Source: Gammaproteobacteria bacterium (GTDB taxonomy: Bacteria; Pseudomonadota; Gammaproteobacteria; Eutrophobiales; Eutrophobiaceae). From it: DNA of 64,000 nucleotides. The stretch's first letter is position 1. Every line of letters begins with the position of its first letter. This document shows, in pieces, positions 48,697-57,754 of the stretch. The stretch lies in assembly GCA_965116495.1 (NCBI GenBank), contig OZ220696.1:768001-832000 (forward strand), read 5' to 3'. The position numbers and the translations under genes are program-made. The notes beneath the pieces were generated by a model. That model was not told the DNA's origin. It searched no databases and worked only from the letters and a program-made list of their open reading frames with translations.

Positions 48697-50335
48697 ATCA
48701 TACCGTATCCGACTCCTTGTCGTACCGGCGTTGTTGTTGCTGATGGCAACAGCTCCGGTCACGGCTGGGGCAGGGGAACAGGAACTTAACTACCCCGCCA
48801 TAACCTCATTCCTACTGTTCATCATAGCTACCCTGTTTGTTACCGCCTATGCGGCCCGCCGTACCCGCTCCAGGCAGGACTTCTATGTCGCGGCTAACAC
48901 GATAGGCGGTTTACAGAACGGCATTGCGATTTCCGGCGACTACATGTCAGCCGCCTCGTTCCTCGGCCTGGTCGGCCTGCTCTTCCTCGGTGGTTTCGAC
49001 ACCATCTATTTCATCGTCAACCTGATCCTGAGTTGGGCGGTTGTGCTGATGCTTATCGCCGAAAAACTGCGCAACCTGGGGTCTTATACCTTTGCGGACG
49101 CGGTCTCCGTCAGGTTGGCGTCCAGGCCAATCCGGGTGCTGGCGGCAACGGGAACCCTGGCCGTTGCCATACCCTACCTGCTGGCACAGATGGTTGCCGC
49201 CGGCACCCTGGTTGAATCCCTGTTTGGTCTCGATTATATCCAGGGCGTGCTGATCGTCGGTGTGTTGATGACGGTTTATGTGACGTTCGGCGGCATGATC
49301 GCAACAACCTGGGTCCAGATAATCAAGGCGGTACTGCTGGTCGGCGGCGGCACCATACTTGCCGTCGGCATATTGTTTACCTTTGATTTTAACGTCAACG
49401 AACTGGCCGGCCTGGCGGTAAACAAACACCCGGAGGGACTGGCCATCATGCAACCGGGCCTGCTTTACCCGGATATCGTCACCGTCATCTCCCTGAGCCT
49501 GGCGTTTATCGGCGGCACCGCCGGATTACCCCATGTCATGATGCGCTTTTTCACTGTACCGGACGGGGTGCAGGCAAGACGTTCCGCAGCCTGGGCCATG
49601 GGCATCATCAGTTATTTCCAGTTCGTAGTACTGATTATCGGTTTAGGCGCTATCGTGTTATTGACGGACAACCCGGAATTTACCAGTGGCGGACTCGAGG
49701 TTATCGGCGGCAGCAATATGGCGGCGATCCACCTGTCCCAGGTCGTCGGCGGTAATATTTTCATGGGTTTCATCTGTGCGGTTGCGTTCGCTACCATTCT
49801 CGCCGTCGTTTCCGGGCTGATGTTATCCGCCGCAACCACCATATCCCATGACCTGTATGCCGGGGTGATCCGCAAGGGGTCATGCACCGATGCGGAAGAA
49901 TTACGCGTTTCCAGACTGACAGTGGTCATGTTAAGTATCGTCGGCATCCTGCTGGCGGTCTTGTTCAAGGGACAGAATGTCGCGGTACTCGCCACCTTGC
50001 CCCTGGTGATCGCAGCCAGCGCCAATTTTCCGGTGCTACTCCTGTTCATGTACTGGAGAGGATTTACCACCCGGGGAGCATTATTCGGCGGTTATACCGG
50101 ATTGTTACTGGCCGTCTCCCTGATTATCCTGGGCCCGACCGTATGGGTAAACGTGCTGGGCCATGAGGCACCGGTATTCCCCTATGCGTATCCGACGCTG
50201 TTTTCCATGGGCGCGTGCTTCCTGTTTGCCTGGTTTTTCTCAATTACGGATAATAGTCCGCGAGCCGCTGCTGAAGCGGATGCTTTTGACGAGCAATTGC
50301 GGCGCTCGCAGATCGGAGAACTGTCCCATGGGTAA
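48686..50335 (+). CDS. Cation/solute symporter, ActP-like (SSS family)
   Basis: QNGIAISGDYMSAASFLG, GGMIATTWVQIIKA, GTAGLPHVMMRFFTVP, AVAFATILAVVSGL. Confidence 0.93.
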   Translation: MKTESYRIRLLVVPALLLLMATAPVTAGAGEQELNYPAITSFLLFIIATLFVTAYAARRTRSRQDFYVAANTIGGLQNGIAISGDYMSAASFLGLVGLLFLGGFDTIYFIVNLILSWAVVLMLIAEKLRNLGSYTFADAVSVRLASRPIRVLAATGTLAVAIPYLLAQMVAAGTLVESLFGLDYIQGVLIVGVLMTVYVTFGGMIATTWVQIIKAVLLVGGGTILAVGILFTFDFNVNELAGLAVNKHPEGLAIMQPGLLYPDIVTVISLSLAFIGGTAGLPHVMMRFFTVPDGVQARRSAAWAMGIISYFQFVVLIIGLGAIVLLTDNPEFTSGGLEVIGGSNMAAIHLSQVVGGNIFMGFICAVAFATILAVVSGLMLSAATTISHDLYAGVIRKGSCTDAEELRVSRLTVVMLSIVGILLAVLFKGQNVAVLATLPLVIAASANFPVLLLFMYWRGFTTRGALFGGYTGLLLAVSLIILGPTVWVNVLGHEAPVFPYAYPTLFSMGACFLFAWFFSITDNSPRAAAEADAFDEQLRRSQIGELSHG

Positions 50336-50371
50336 ACACAGGCTGCCCAGTCATACTGCCGGAAGAATTGT

Positions 50372-52015
50372 ATGGAAATGACTACCGTGTACGACAAATT
50401 TCTGGAAACCGGGCGGAACGTCCCGGCACAGGCCTTCCTGCACATCCCGCACCAGGCAGCCCGGGGGTACCATCAAGGCCCGGTTGACTATACCTACAAC
50501 CAGGCTCGCCAGGCCGCCGCTTCACTGAGCGAACGCTATGCTGCCGCAGGCTACGGGCACGGCCACAGAATTGCCGTCATGCTGGACAATCGCGCCGATT
50601 TTTTCCTGCACTTTCTGGCCCTGAACAAACTTGGAGTGAGCGTCGTGCCGGTCAATTCCGGCTTCCTTCCCGGTGAAATCAACTACGTCATCAGCCACAG
50701 TGATGCCTGTCTTGTCCTGTGCCTGCCCCAATATCGCGGGAAAGTGGAGGCCGCTTTGTCCGCTCAAGGTACAGCCACTCCAATCACGGACACCTCTGCA
50801 ACGACGGAATTACCACCTTGCAGGCAGGCAATTACGGACGGAACGCCCGACCGGCATTCTGAAGTAGCCGTACTGTATACCTCCGGCACAACGGGTAAAC
50901 CCAAAGGCTGTATGCTGAACAATGAATATTTTACCTGCATGGGCGAGTGGTACGCGAATATAGACGGCTATTGCCGGTTGACGTATGGAGAGGAGCGGAT
51001 GCTGACACCGCTGCCGCTGGTCCACATGAATGCATTATGCTCCATGATGGCCATGATCATGAGTGGCGGTTGCATAATCCAGCTGGACCGTTTCCATGCT
51101 TCCAACTGGTGGGATACGGTACGCTCCTCCGGGGCTACCTGTCTGCACTACCTGGGAGTAATCCCGGCAATTCTGCTGAACCAGCCGGAAACGGAACATG
51201 ACAACCTGGGGACACAGGTCAAGTTCGGTTTCGGCGCCGGGGTTGATCCGAAACACCTGCAACGATTTGAACGGCGTTTTGGTTTTCCCCTGGTGGAGGG
51301 TTGGGCCATGACGGAGACCGGCACTCACGTCTGTATCACCGCCAATAAGGAGCCGCGCCATATCGGGACACGCTGCATCGGCAGGGCGCCGGAGACCATC
51401 GAGTATCGCCTCGTGGATGAACAGGGGAAAGATGTCGGACCGGGTGAACCGGGAGAGTTGTTAATTCGCGCCAGTGGGGAAAACCCGCGCAAGGGTTTCT
51501 TTTCCGGCTACTATAAAAACCCTGAAGAAACTGCCAGGGTATGGGAAGGGGGCTATTTCCATACCGGCGATGTGGTGCGCATCAGCGAGGACGGTTCTTT
51601 TCATTTTGTCGACCGCCGTAAAAACATCATCCGGCGCAGTGGCGAAAATATCGCTGCCGTTGAAGTGGAGAACATCCTGTTCCAGCATCCGGTCATCGCC
51701 AATTGCGCGGTGACGCCTGTTTACGATGAACTACGCGGCGAAGAAGTAGGCGTTTGCATTATCCTGAGTGAAACCGTACGGGAACAGTATGCCGGCAATG
51801 ATGCCGTGGCAGATGCCTTGTTCGCTTTCTGCCTTGAACAGTTGATTTACTACAAGGTTCCGGCTTATTACCTGTTCGTAACCGAGTTGCCCATGACCGT
51901 GTCGCAGAAATTGCAACGCGGTGAAATCAAAACCCTTGCCAACAGGCTGGTGGAAGAGGGCAGATGTATCGACCTGAGAAAGCGCAAGCGCAGGAATAAA
52001 AATGCAGCCCTATAA
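50372..52015 (+). CDS. AMP-forming acyl-CoA ligase
   Basis: YTSGTTGKPKG, WAMTE, FHTGD, RRSGENI. Confidence 0.93.
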   Translation: MEMTTVYDKFLETGRNVPAQAFLHIPHQAARGYHQGPVDYTYNQARQAAASLSERYAAAGYGHGHRIAVMLDNRADFFLHFLALNKLGVSVVPVNSGFLPGEINYVISHSDACLVLCLPQYRGKVEAALSAQGTATPITDTSATTELPPCRQAITDGTPDRHSEVAVLYTSGTTGKPKGCMLNNEYFTCMGEWYANIDGYCRLTYGEERMLTPLPLVHMNALCSMMAMIMSGGCIIQLDRFHASNWWDTVRSSGATCLHYLGVIPAILLNQPETEHDNLGTQVKFGFGAGVDPKHLQRFERRFGFPLVEGWAMTETGTHVCITANKEPRHIGTRCIGRAPETIEYRLVDEQGKDVGPGEPGELLIRASGENPRKGFFSGYYKNPEETARVWEGGYFHTGDVVRISEDGSFHFVDRRKNIIRRSGENIAAVEVENILFQHPVIANCAVTPVYDELRGEEVGVCIILSETVREQYAGNDAVADALFAFCLEQLIYYKVPAYYLFVTELPMTVSQKLQRGEIKTLANRLVEEGRCIDLRKRKRRNKNAAL

Positions 52016-53165
52016 CGATGTTGCGCTGGTTGCCGCGACCAGTATTCCCTATGTGCGGCGCAGCGAGCGAAGCGCTGCCTGGTTTATAGGCACCGTCTTC
52101 GCAAGAATGATCGAGACCGCGGGATTAAACAGGAATGAGATTGACGGCCTGGCCATAGCCAGCTTTACCCTGGCGCCCGACAGCGTTGTCAGCATGACCG
52201 AATATCTCGATATCTCGCCCGGTTGGCTGGAACAGATCCCGATGGGCGGCGCCAGCGGACCCGTGGCCGTCCGGCGCGCGGCCCGTGCGGTACAAGCGGG
52301 CGATGCCGGGGTCGTGGCATGTATCGGCGCCGATACGGCTTCTGCCAGCACCTTTAGGGACCTGGTCAGCAATTTCAGTCGGTTCTCAACCGATGCCGTA
52401 TTCCCCTACGGCGCAGGCGGACCGAATACCGTGTTTGCCATGATTACCCGCCACTACATGGAGAAATACGGGGCGGAACGGGAAGATTTCGGCCGTGTCT
52501 GCATTGCCCAGAGGGAAAATGCGCTGGCCGCGGGCACTGCCGTCTTCAAAACACCGTTATCGATGGAGGACTACCTCGATGCACGTTCCATCAGCGAACC
52601 CCTGCACCTGTTCGATTGCGTCATGCCCGTCGCCGGGGCGGACGGTTTCCTGGTCATGACGGTTGCCCGGGCCCGGTCGCTGGGCCTGCCTTATGCCAGG
52701 ATACTGGCTGCGGGAGAGAAGCATAACGCCTGGTCCGGTGACGACGTTCACTTTCGCGGCGGCTGGAGCCTGTACCGTGACCGGATGTACGAGCAGGCTG
52801 ACCTCGGCCCCGGTGATATTGATTTTCTGCAGACATACGACGACTACCCGGTCATTTCCATGATCCAGATGGAAGACCTGGGCTTTTGTGAAAAGGGCGG
52901 GGCGGCCGAATTTGTCCGCACTCACCCGTTGACCTGGAACGGCGGAGGCCTGCCGCATAATACCTGCGGCGGTCAACTATCCGCGGGGCAGGCAGGCGCT
53001 GCCGGCGGTTTCCTGGGTACGGTCGAAGCGATCCGCCAGTTGACTGAAACCGGTTTGTCCAACCAGGTCGCCGGCGCAATGGCGGGTATGGCAAGCGGCT
53101 ATGGAATGGTCAATTACGATCACTGTTTATGCACCAGTGCCGTAATACTCGGGAGGGGAGAATGA
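52002..53165 (+). CDS. SCP-x-type thiolase family protein
   Basis: MGGASG, DCVMP, TYDDYP, HNTCGGQLSAGQAG; paired with an OB-fold gene. Confidence 0.9.
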   Translation: MQPYNDVALVAATSIPYVRRSERSAAWFIGTVFARMIETAGLNRNEIDGLAIASFTLAPDSVVSMTEYLDISPGWLEQIPMGGASGPVAVRRAARAVQAGDAGVVACIGADTASASTFRDLVSNFSRFSTDAVFPYGAGGPNTVFAMITRHYMEKYGAEREDFGRVCIAQRENALAAGTAVFKTPLSMEDYLDARSISEPLHLFDCVMPVAGADGFLVMTVARARSLGLPYARILAAGEKHNAWSGDDVHFRGGWSLYRDRMYEQADLGPGDIDFLQTYDDYPVISMIQMEDLGFCEKGGAAEFVRTHPLTWNGGGLPHNTCGGQLSAGQAGAAGGFLGTVEAIRQLTETGLSNQVAGAMAGMASGYGMVNYDHCLCTSAVILGRGE

Positions 53166-53617
53166 TGAGCGGCCAAGCGGGCCCACCCGTTGCACGCTCC
53201 GCCCTTTGGCAGCAAGTCAACCAGGCAGCAAAAGAGGAGGCTTTCAAGCTGCAGGTCTGCAGCAAGTGTGACAGGGTTCAGTATCCGCCCCGGGAATTCT
53301 GCAGTTATTGCCTGGTTGGCGAATTGTCATGGGAAACTGTCAGCCCGATGGGAAAAGTGCTGTCCTGGACCACAACCCATGCCAGCAGCAACCGGTTTTT
53401 CAAGGGTATACTACCTTTTCACGTCGGCATGATTAAACTGGATTGCGGCCCGGTTCTGATCGCATACCTGGCTACGGCATCATTACACACGGGGAGCCGG
53501 GTTCAGGTCACAGGCATGCCGGACAAGTCCGGCCAGGCCGTTTTCCTTGCCGGACCGCCGGGTACGGATCCGCGGGTTGAATTCAGTCACATACTGATTA
53601 AAAATGTTGATAAATAG
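53162..53617 (+). CDS. Zn-ribbon/OB-fold (DUF35-like) thiolase partner
   Basis: QVCSKC..VQYPPREFCSYC; ATGA overlap with the thiolase. Confidence 0.9.
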   Translation: MMSGQAGPPVARSALWQQVNQAAKEEAFKLQVCSKCDRVQYPPREFCSYCLVGELSWETVSPMGKVLSWTTTHASSNRFFKGILPFHVGMIKLDCGPVLIAYLATASLHTGSRVQVTGMPDKSGQAVFLAGPPGTDPRVEFSHILIKNVDK

Positions 53618-53619
53618 TA

Positions 53620-53646
53620 CTGGATTCCTGCCTCCGCAGGAATGAC
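53620..53646. repeat. REP-like palindrome (GGATTCC...GGAATGAC class)
   Basis: CTGGATTCCTGCCTCCGCAGGAATGAC; ATTCCTGC/GCAGGAAT stem. Confidence 0.75.
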
Positions 53647-53668
53647 GGATAATTCGATGAGGTGAGAC

Positions 53669-54400
53669 ATGGCGAAAAAAAATAAGGTGGTTGTAATAAC
53701 GGGCGGCAACAGGGGTATAGGCGCCGATATTACCCGGCGTTTTCTTGACAGCGGTTACCTGGTCGTCAATATCTCCCGGCAGACCCCTGAATTCTCCCAC
53801 GAGCGCCTGGTCAACTACACGGCGGACCTGGCAGATCCGCAGGCAACCATGGACGTCGGCATGGAGATAGCAGGTAACCATACGGTAACGGACTTCATTC
53901 ACAACGCCGGGGTGATCCGTCCGGATTTGCTGGAAGACGTGAAGCTGGAAGACCTGGACTACCTGACCCAGTTGCACCTGGGCAGCGCCATCACGCTTGC
54001 GCAACAGTTTATTCCCGCCATGCGCAGCGCGCAGTACGGCCGCATCATCCTCATATCATCCCGCGGCGTGCTGGGACTCGTAACCCGGACGAATTACGCC
54101 GCAACCAAAGCCGGTCAGATCGGTATCACGCGCACCTGGGCGCTGGAACTGGCAAAAGACGGGATCACTGTAAACTGCGTCGCGCCGGGTCCCATCGTGA
54201 CAGACATGTTCCATGAACTGGTCCCGGAAGACAGCGAGCAGAAGTCCAGGATTGCAGGGAGCGTCCCTGTCAAACGCCTGGGCACACCCGAAGACATCGG
54301 CCGTGTAGTCAAGTTTTTATGCGAGGAAGAGAGCGGTTTCATCACGGGACAGACCTGGTACATCTGCGGCGGCGCCAGCCTGGGATCTCTGGCTTTGTGA
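53669..54400 (+). CDS. SDR oxidoreductase
   Basis: TGGNRGIG, HNAGVIR, RTNYAATK, ICGGASLG. Confidence 0.92.
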   Translation: MAKKNKVVVITGGNRGIGADITRRFLDSGYLVVNISRQTPEFSHERLVNYTADLADPQATMDVGMEIAGNHTVTDFIHNAGVIRPDLLEDVKLEDLDYLTQLHLGSAITLAQQFIPAMRSAQYGRIILISSRGVLGLVTRTNYAATKAGQIGITRTWALELAKDGITVNCVAPGPIVTDMFHELVPEDSEQKSRIAGSVPVKRLGTPEDIGRVVKFLCEEESGFITGQTWYICGGASLGSLAL

Positions 54401-54513
54401 CCTGGGCGAGTGATTCCTGTGGCGGTTCTCCGGTATTCCTTCTTTCTTGACGAGAGAAAGATTCCCATAGTATTCTTCATACTGCATTTCAATAAAGAAA
54501 GAGGGAACAGACA

Positions 54514-54744
54514 ATGAGTGCTACTGACGTATCAACAGGAGATTACGGTGAAAGACTGACCAGGATCGAAGTCACGTTAGGGGGTCATGGAGAACGGCTG
54601 TCAAGAATAGAAGCCACTTTGTCGCACATGGCAACCTCAGAGGAACTGCAGAAGGTAATTACTGAAGTAAGCATCCTGAAGTGGCTGCTGGGGACTACCG
54701 CCGCGGCAGTCCTGTATGCGGCGGCAAAATATCTGTTAAGCTGA
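54514..54744 (+). CDS. Small coiled-coil protein with C-terminal membrane anchor
   Basis: GERLTRIEVTL/GERLSRIEATL duplication, MATSEEL, KW followed by a hydrophobic tail; GAGG RBS. Confidence 0.75.
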   Translation: MSATDVSTGDYGERLTRIEVTLGGHGERLSRIEATLSHMATSEELQKVITEVSILKWLLGTTAAAVLYAAAKYLLS

Positions 54745-54758
54745 GAGTGTGACGGCGG

Positions 54759-56309
54759 TCAAATGATTTGACTTTGCCGTCCCTGCCAGTAGGGCGCGCG
54801 CAGTCTGACCTTGTCGACCTTGCCGGTCGCCAGGCGCGGCAGTTCCTCCACGAAGTGGACTTGTTTCGGTTTCTTGTAGCCGGCGATTAATTTACGGCAG
54901 TGTTCCGTCAGCTCGGTATCGGTACATTCTCCGGACAGGACCACGAACGCGCAGACCGCTTCACCCCAACGCTCATCGGGAATGCCGATCACCGCACATT
55001 GTTTGACGGCCTCGTGCTGTTCCAGCGCGATTTCAACTTCCCTGGGATAGATATTTTCGCCACCCGAGATGATCATGTCCTTTTTCCGGTCAACGATAAA
55101 CAAAAAGTCTTCCTCATCAAGGTAACCGATATCTCCCATGTTCAACCAGCCGTCGCTTATCGACTCTGCTGTCGCTACCGGGTCATTCCAGTATTCCTGC
55201 ATGATGTCCGGATGACGGACGACGATCTCGCCCGGTTCGCCGGCGCTTGCTACAGTCCCGTCAGTTTTAACGATTTTTATCTCCACACCCGCACAGGCCT
55301 GACCGGCCGATAATAACCGGCGCTGTTGCGCGGCAGTCCCGTCCGGCCGGTGTTGCGATTTTGTCAGGTTTGCAATGGAACTACCTTCCGTTGATCCGTA
55401 CTGCTGGACAAAAACAGGGCCGAATACGCTCAATGCCTTTCTTAACAATGTCTCCCGTATCGGCGCCGTGGAGTAAAAAATGGTCTTCACCTGGGCCGGG
55501 TCGCGGAGCTCCGCGTATTCATCAGAAAGCAGCATTTCTATCATGGTCGGCACCAGTTGCAGGGTGGTAATCCGCTCTTTACGCAGGGTATCCCAGACCG
55601 CACGCGGGTTAAACTCCCTTTGAATGAAAATAGCCGCGCCTTGCAGGTGATGGGCGAGTTGCAGGAATTTAGCGCCGACATGAAACAGGGGTTGCACCAG
55701 CAGGAACCGGTCGTCGCGGGCAATCCCCGCTGTATCACTGATTACCTGTGCAGTCCCGTACTGTGCAGACTGGCCCAGTACAGCGCCCTTGGGATTGCCC
55801 GTGGTCCCGCTGGTGTGAACGATATAGACGGGATCCTCAGGCGCCGGTAGCTTGTCCGGTGTTGTCATCTTACCACCCTCGATGAATTCCACGTAGGGAA
55901 CAGCCCAGTCCGGTAATTCACCCTGGTCGATCTGCACATACAAAGTGCCGGCAGTCCGTATCCCGGCAACAACCGGGAGAAATTCTGTGCTATAGAACAA
56001 TACGGACGGAGTGGTGTTATCGACTATATAGTTTATCTCGGATGCAGTAAGACGATAGTTTACCGGTGCAGTAATAAATCCTCCCAGTTCGCAGGCGCCG
56101 TAAATTTCCAGGTATTCCGCACAGTTCCGGGACAGGATGGAAATCCTGTCCCGCCGCCGGCAACCGGCATTTAACAGTGCGCCGACCAGTTGCCGCACCC
56201 GGTTTGCATGTTGCAGAAATGTATAGTTCCTGCCCTGGTCAATGATGGCCGGGCTATCCGGTATCCTTACGGCATTATCGGCAATAATGTCTGCTACGAT
56301 TTTTTTCAT
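54759..56309 (-). CDS. AMP-forming acyl-CoA synthetase
   Basis: TSGTTGNPKG, YGSTE, DRKKDMIISGGENIYP, TGKV; ATG 56309 preferred because the longer ORF start runs through repeat DNA. Confidence 0.93.
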   Translation of the reverse strand: MKKIVADIIADNAVRIPDSPAIIDQGRNYTFLQHANRVRQLVGALLNAGCRRRDRISILSRNCAEYLEIYGACELGGFITAPVNYRLTASEINYIVDNTTPSVLFYSTEFLPVVAGIRTAGTLYVQIDQGELPDWAVPYVEFIEGGKMTTPDKLPAPEDPVYIVHTSGTTGNPKGAVLGQSAQYGTAQVISDTAGIARDDRFLLVQPLFHVGAKFLQLAHHLQGAAIFIQREFNPRAVWDTLRKERITTLQLVPTMIEMLLSDEYAELRDPAQVKTIFYSTAPIRETLLRKALSVFGPVFVQQYGSTEGSSIANLTKSQHRPDGTAAQQRRLLSAGQACAGVEIKIVKTDGTVASAGEPGEIVVRHPDIMQEYWNDPVATAESISDGWLNMGDIGYLDEEDFLFIVDRKKDMIISGGENIYPREVEIALEQHEAVKQCAVIGIPDERWGEAVCAFVVLSGECTDTELTEHCRKLIAGYKKPKQVHFVEELPRLATGKVDKVRLRAPYWQGRQSQII

Positions 56310-56379
56310 TATCCGGTCTGGCAGGGGAGGGGCAGACCCCCGCTTACAACCCTGCCTCGGGGGCCAGGGCAGGCATGCG

Positions 56380-56402
56380 GGGGCATGTTTAAATCTGTCC
56401 CC
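56380..56402. repeat. GGGGAC-type REP-like element
   Basis: Reverse complement GGGGACAGATTTAAACATGCCCC resembles 27437-27460. Confidence 0.6.
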
Positions 56403-56414
56403 CCCCATATTCTT

Positions 56415-57668
56415 TTATATGGTAAGCAGGTTCAGCACCGCGTAGAAAACCGCAAACAATGTCAACGCCCAGATGCAGGCCACGCTGTAACGGGTGAGGC
56501 CCGGCCCGGGTTTCATTGCAGCAGGCACGTCCTCCGAGTGCATGGCCCGGTGAATCAGCCAGGCCAGCACCGGTGCGGTGAGAAAGGCAAGTGTAGTAGC
56601 GATGTCGATCAGGGTTTTGAACGATTGAATGAAATACAGAATGACTGGCAGAGAAACCAGTACCATGGCCAGGATGGCAGCCAGATAGATCCTGAACCAC
56701 TGTCTTCCCTCCAGCTTCCTGTCGCGGAAACAGTCGACCAGGGCACAGACGGTACGCGGGTAGCCGTCATGAATTACCAGCACTGTTGAAAGCATGACAG
56801 CGAAAGCGGCGACAGCGATGATCGGCTGGGTCCACTGGCCGAGGAGTGAAGTATAGATACTGATCAGCTGGGCTGAAAACTCGGCTGAATTGGACGAGAA
56901 CTGCTGGCCTGACCCGTGCATGACGGCGGCCCCCAGCACCAGGAAACAGACTGCGGTCAACAGCGTTGAGAAATAACCGACGTGGTAATCTGTCTTTACC
57001 TCGGTTCTCGACAGGTTTTCCTGTTTGTCTTTCTCCAGCACCCATAACGATTGCCAGAGACAGGTCTCAAAAGGCGCCGGCATAAAGCCGATCAGGGCTG
57101 CGAGAAACAACAGTGACGACCTGTTCAATACATCAGGAGTGAGGATATCTGTCTGCTGCCATTCCACCAGAGGCACTGATAACATGGTTGCCATAAGTGT
57201 CGAGATTAACAGCAACAGCAGCAATACCTTGATGACACTGTCCATCCAGCGATATTGCCCTGCCACCAGGCAGGCGCCGGAAAAAATGCAGAGGCAGGCA
57301 GCGACCAGGCCGATAGGCAGGTCCAGGCCGAAACTGATAACTGCCAGACCGGACGTTACCAGCAGGACCGCTGCAAATCCGGTAAACATCATGCAGAATA
57401 TGATCACGCCGCACAGCAGTACCGCCCAGGTTCCCTGCCTGCGGAATCCGAGCAGCAAATGTTGCCCGGTCGCATGGGCGTACTCATGCCCGAAGCGGAA
57501 AGTCGGGTATTTCATGACAAAGGCAAGCAGGATAAACAGCAACAGATCCATCCCGTGCAGGGCGCCGGCGCGGGTGGCCTGCACCAGGTGGGATACCCCG
57601 ATAGACGCTGCAGCCATCAATAATCCGGGACCAAGTATAGTATATAGCCTGCGTTGCAGTTTCATCAC
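56415..57668 (-). CDS. NRAMP-superfamily-related permease
   Basis: LGPGLLMAAASIGVSHLVQATRAGA, KYP.FRFG, GFMPAP, AVMLST..DGYPR; multi-pass membrane protein. Confidence 0.85.
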   Translation of the reverse strand: MMKLQRRLYTILGPGLLMAAASIGVSHLVQATRAGALHGMDLLLFILLAFVMKYPTFRFGHEYAHATGQHLLLGFRRQGTWAVLLCGVIIFCMMFTGFAAVLLVTSGLAVISFGLDLPIGLVAACLCIFSGACLVAGQYRWMDSVIKVLLLLLLISTLMATMLSVPLVEWQQTDILTPDVLNRSSLLFLAALIGFMPAPFETCLWQSLWVLEKDKQENLSRTEVKTDYHVGYFSTLLTAVCFLVLGAAVMHGSGQQFSSNSAEFSAQLISIYTSLLGQWTQPIIAVAAFAVMLSTVLVIHDGYPRTVCALVDCFRDRKLEGRQWFRIYLAAILAMVLVSLPVILYFIQSFKTLIDIATTLAFLTAPVLAWLIHRAMHSEDVPAAMKPGPGLTRYSVACIWALTLFAVFYAVLNLLTI

Positions 57669-57754
57669 GTTATCGTAAACAATAGTTTTGCGTAAATCTT
57701 CGCAATCGGTGAGTGGGTATAACAGGATACATCCGCCCGTTATCCGCCTGTCCT

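Noticed and set aside
56310-56408. N-terminal extension of the acyl-CoA synthetase
   Set aside because: It runs through GC-rich palindromic intergenic DNA; the family-like sequence begins near ATG 56309.
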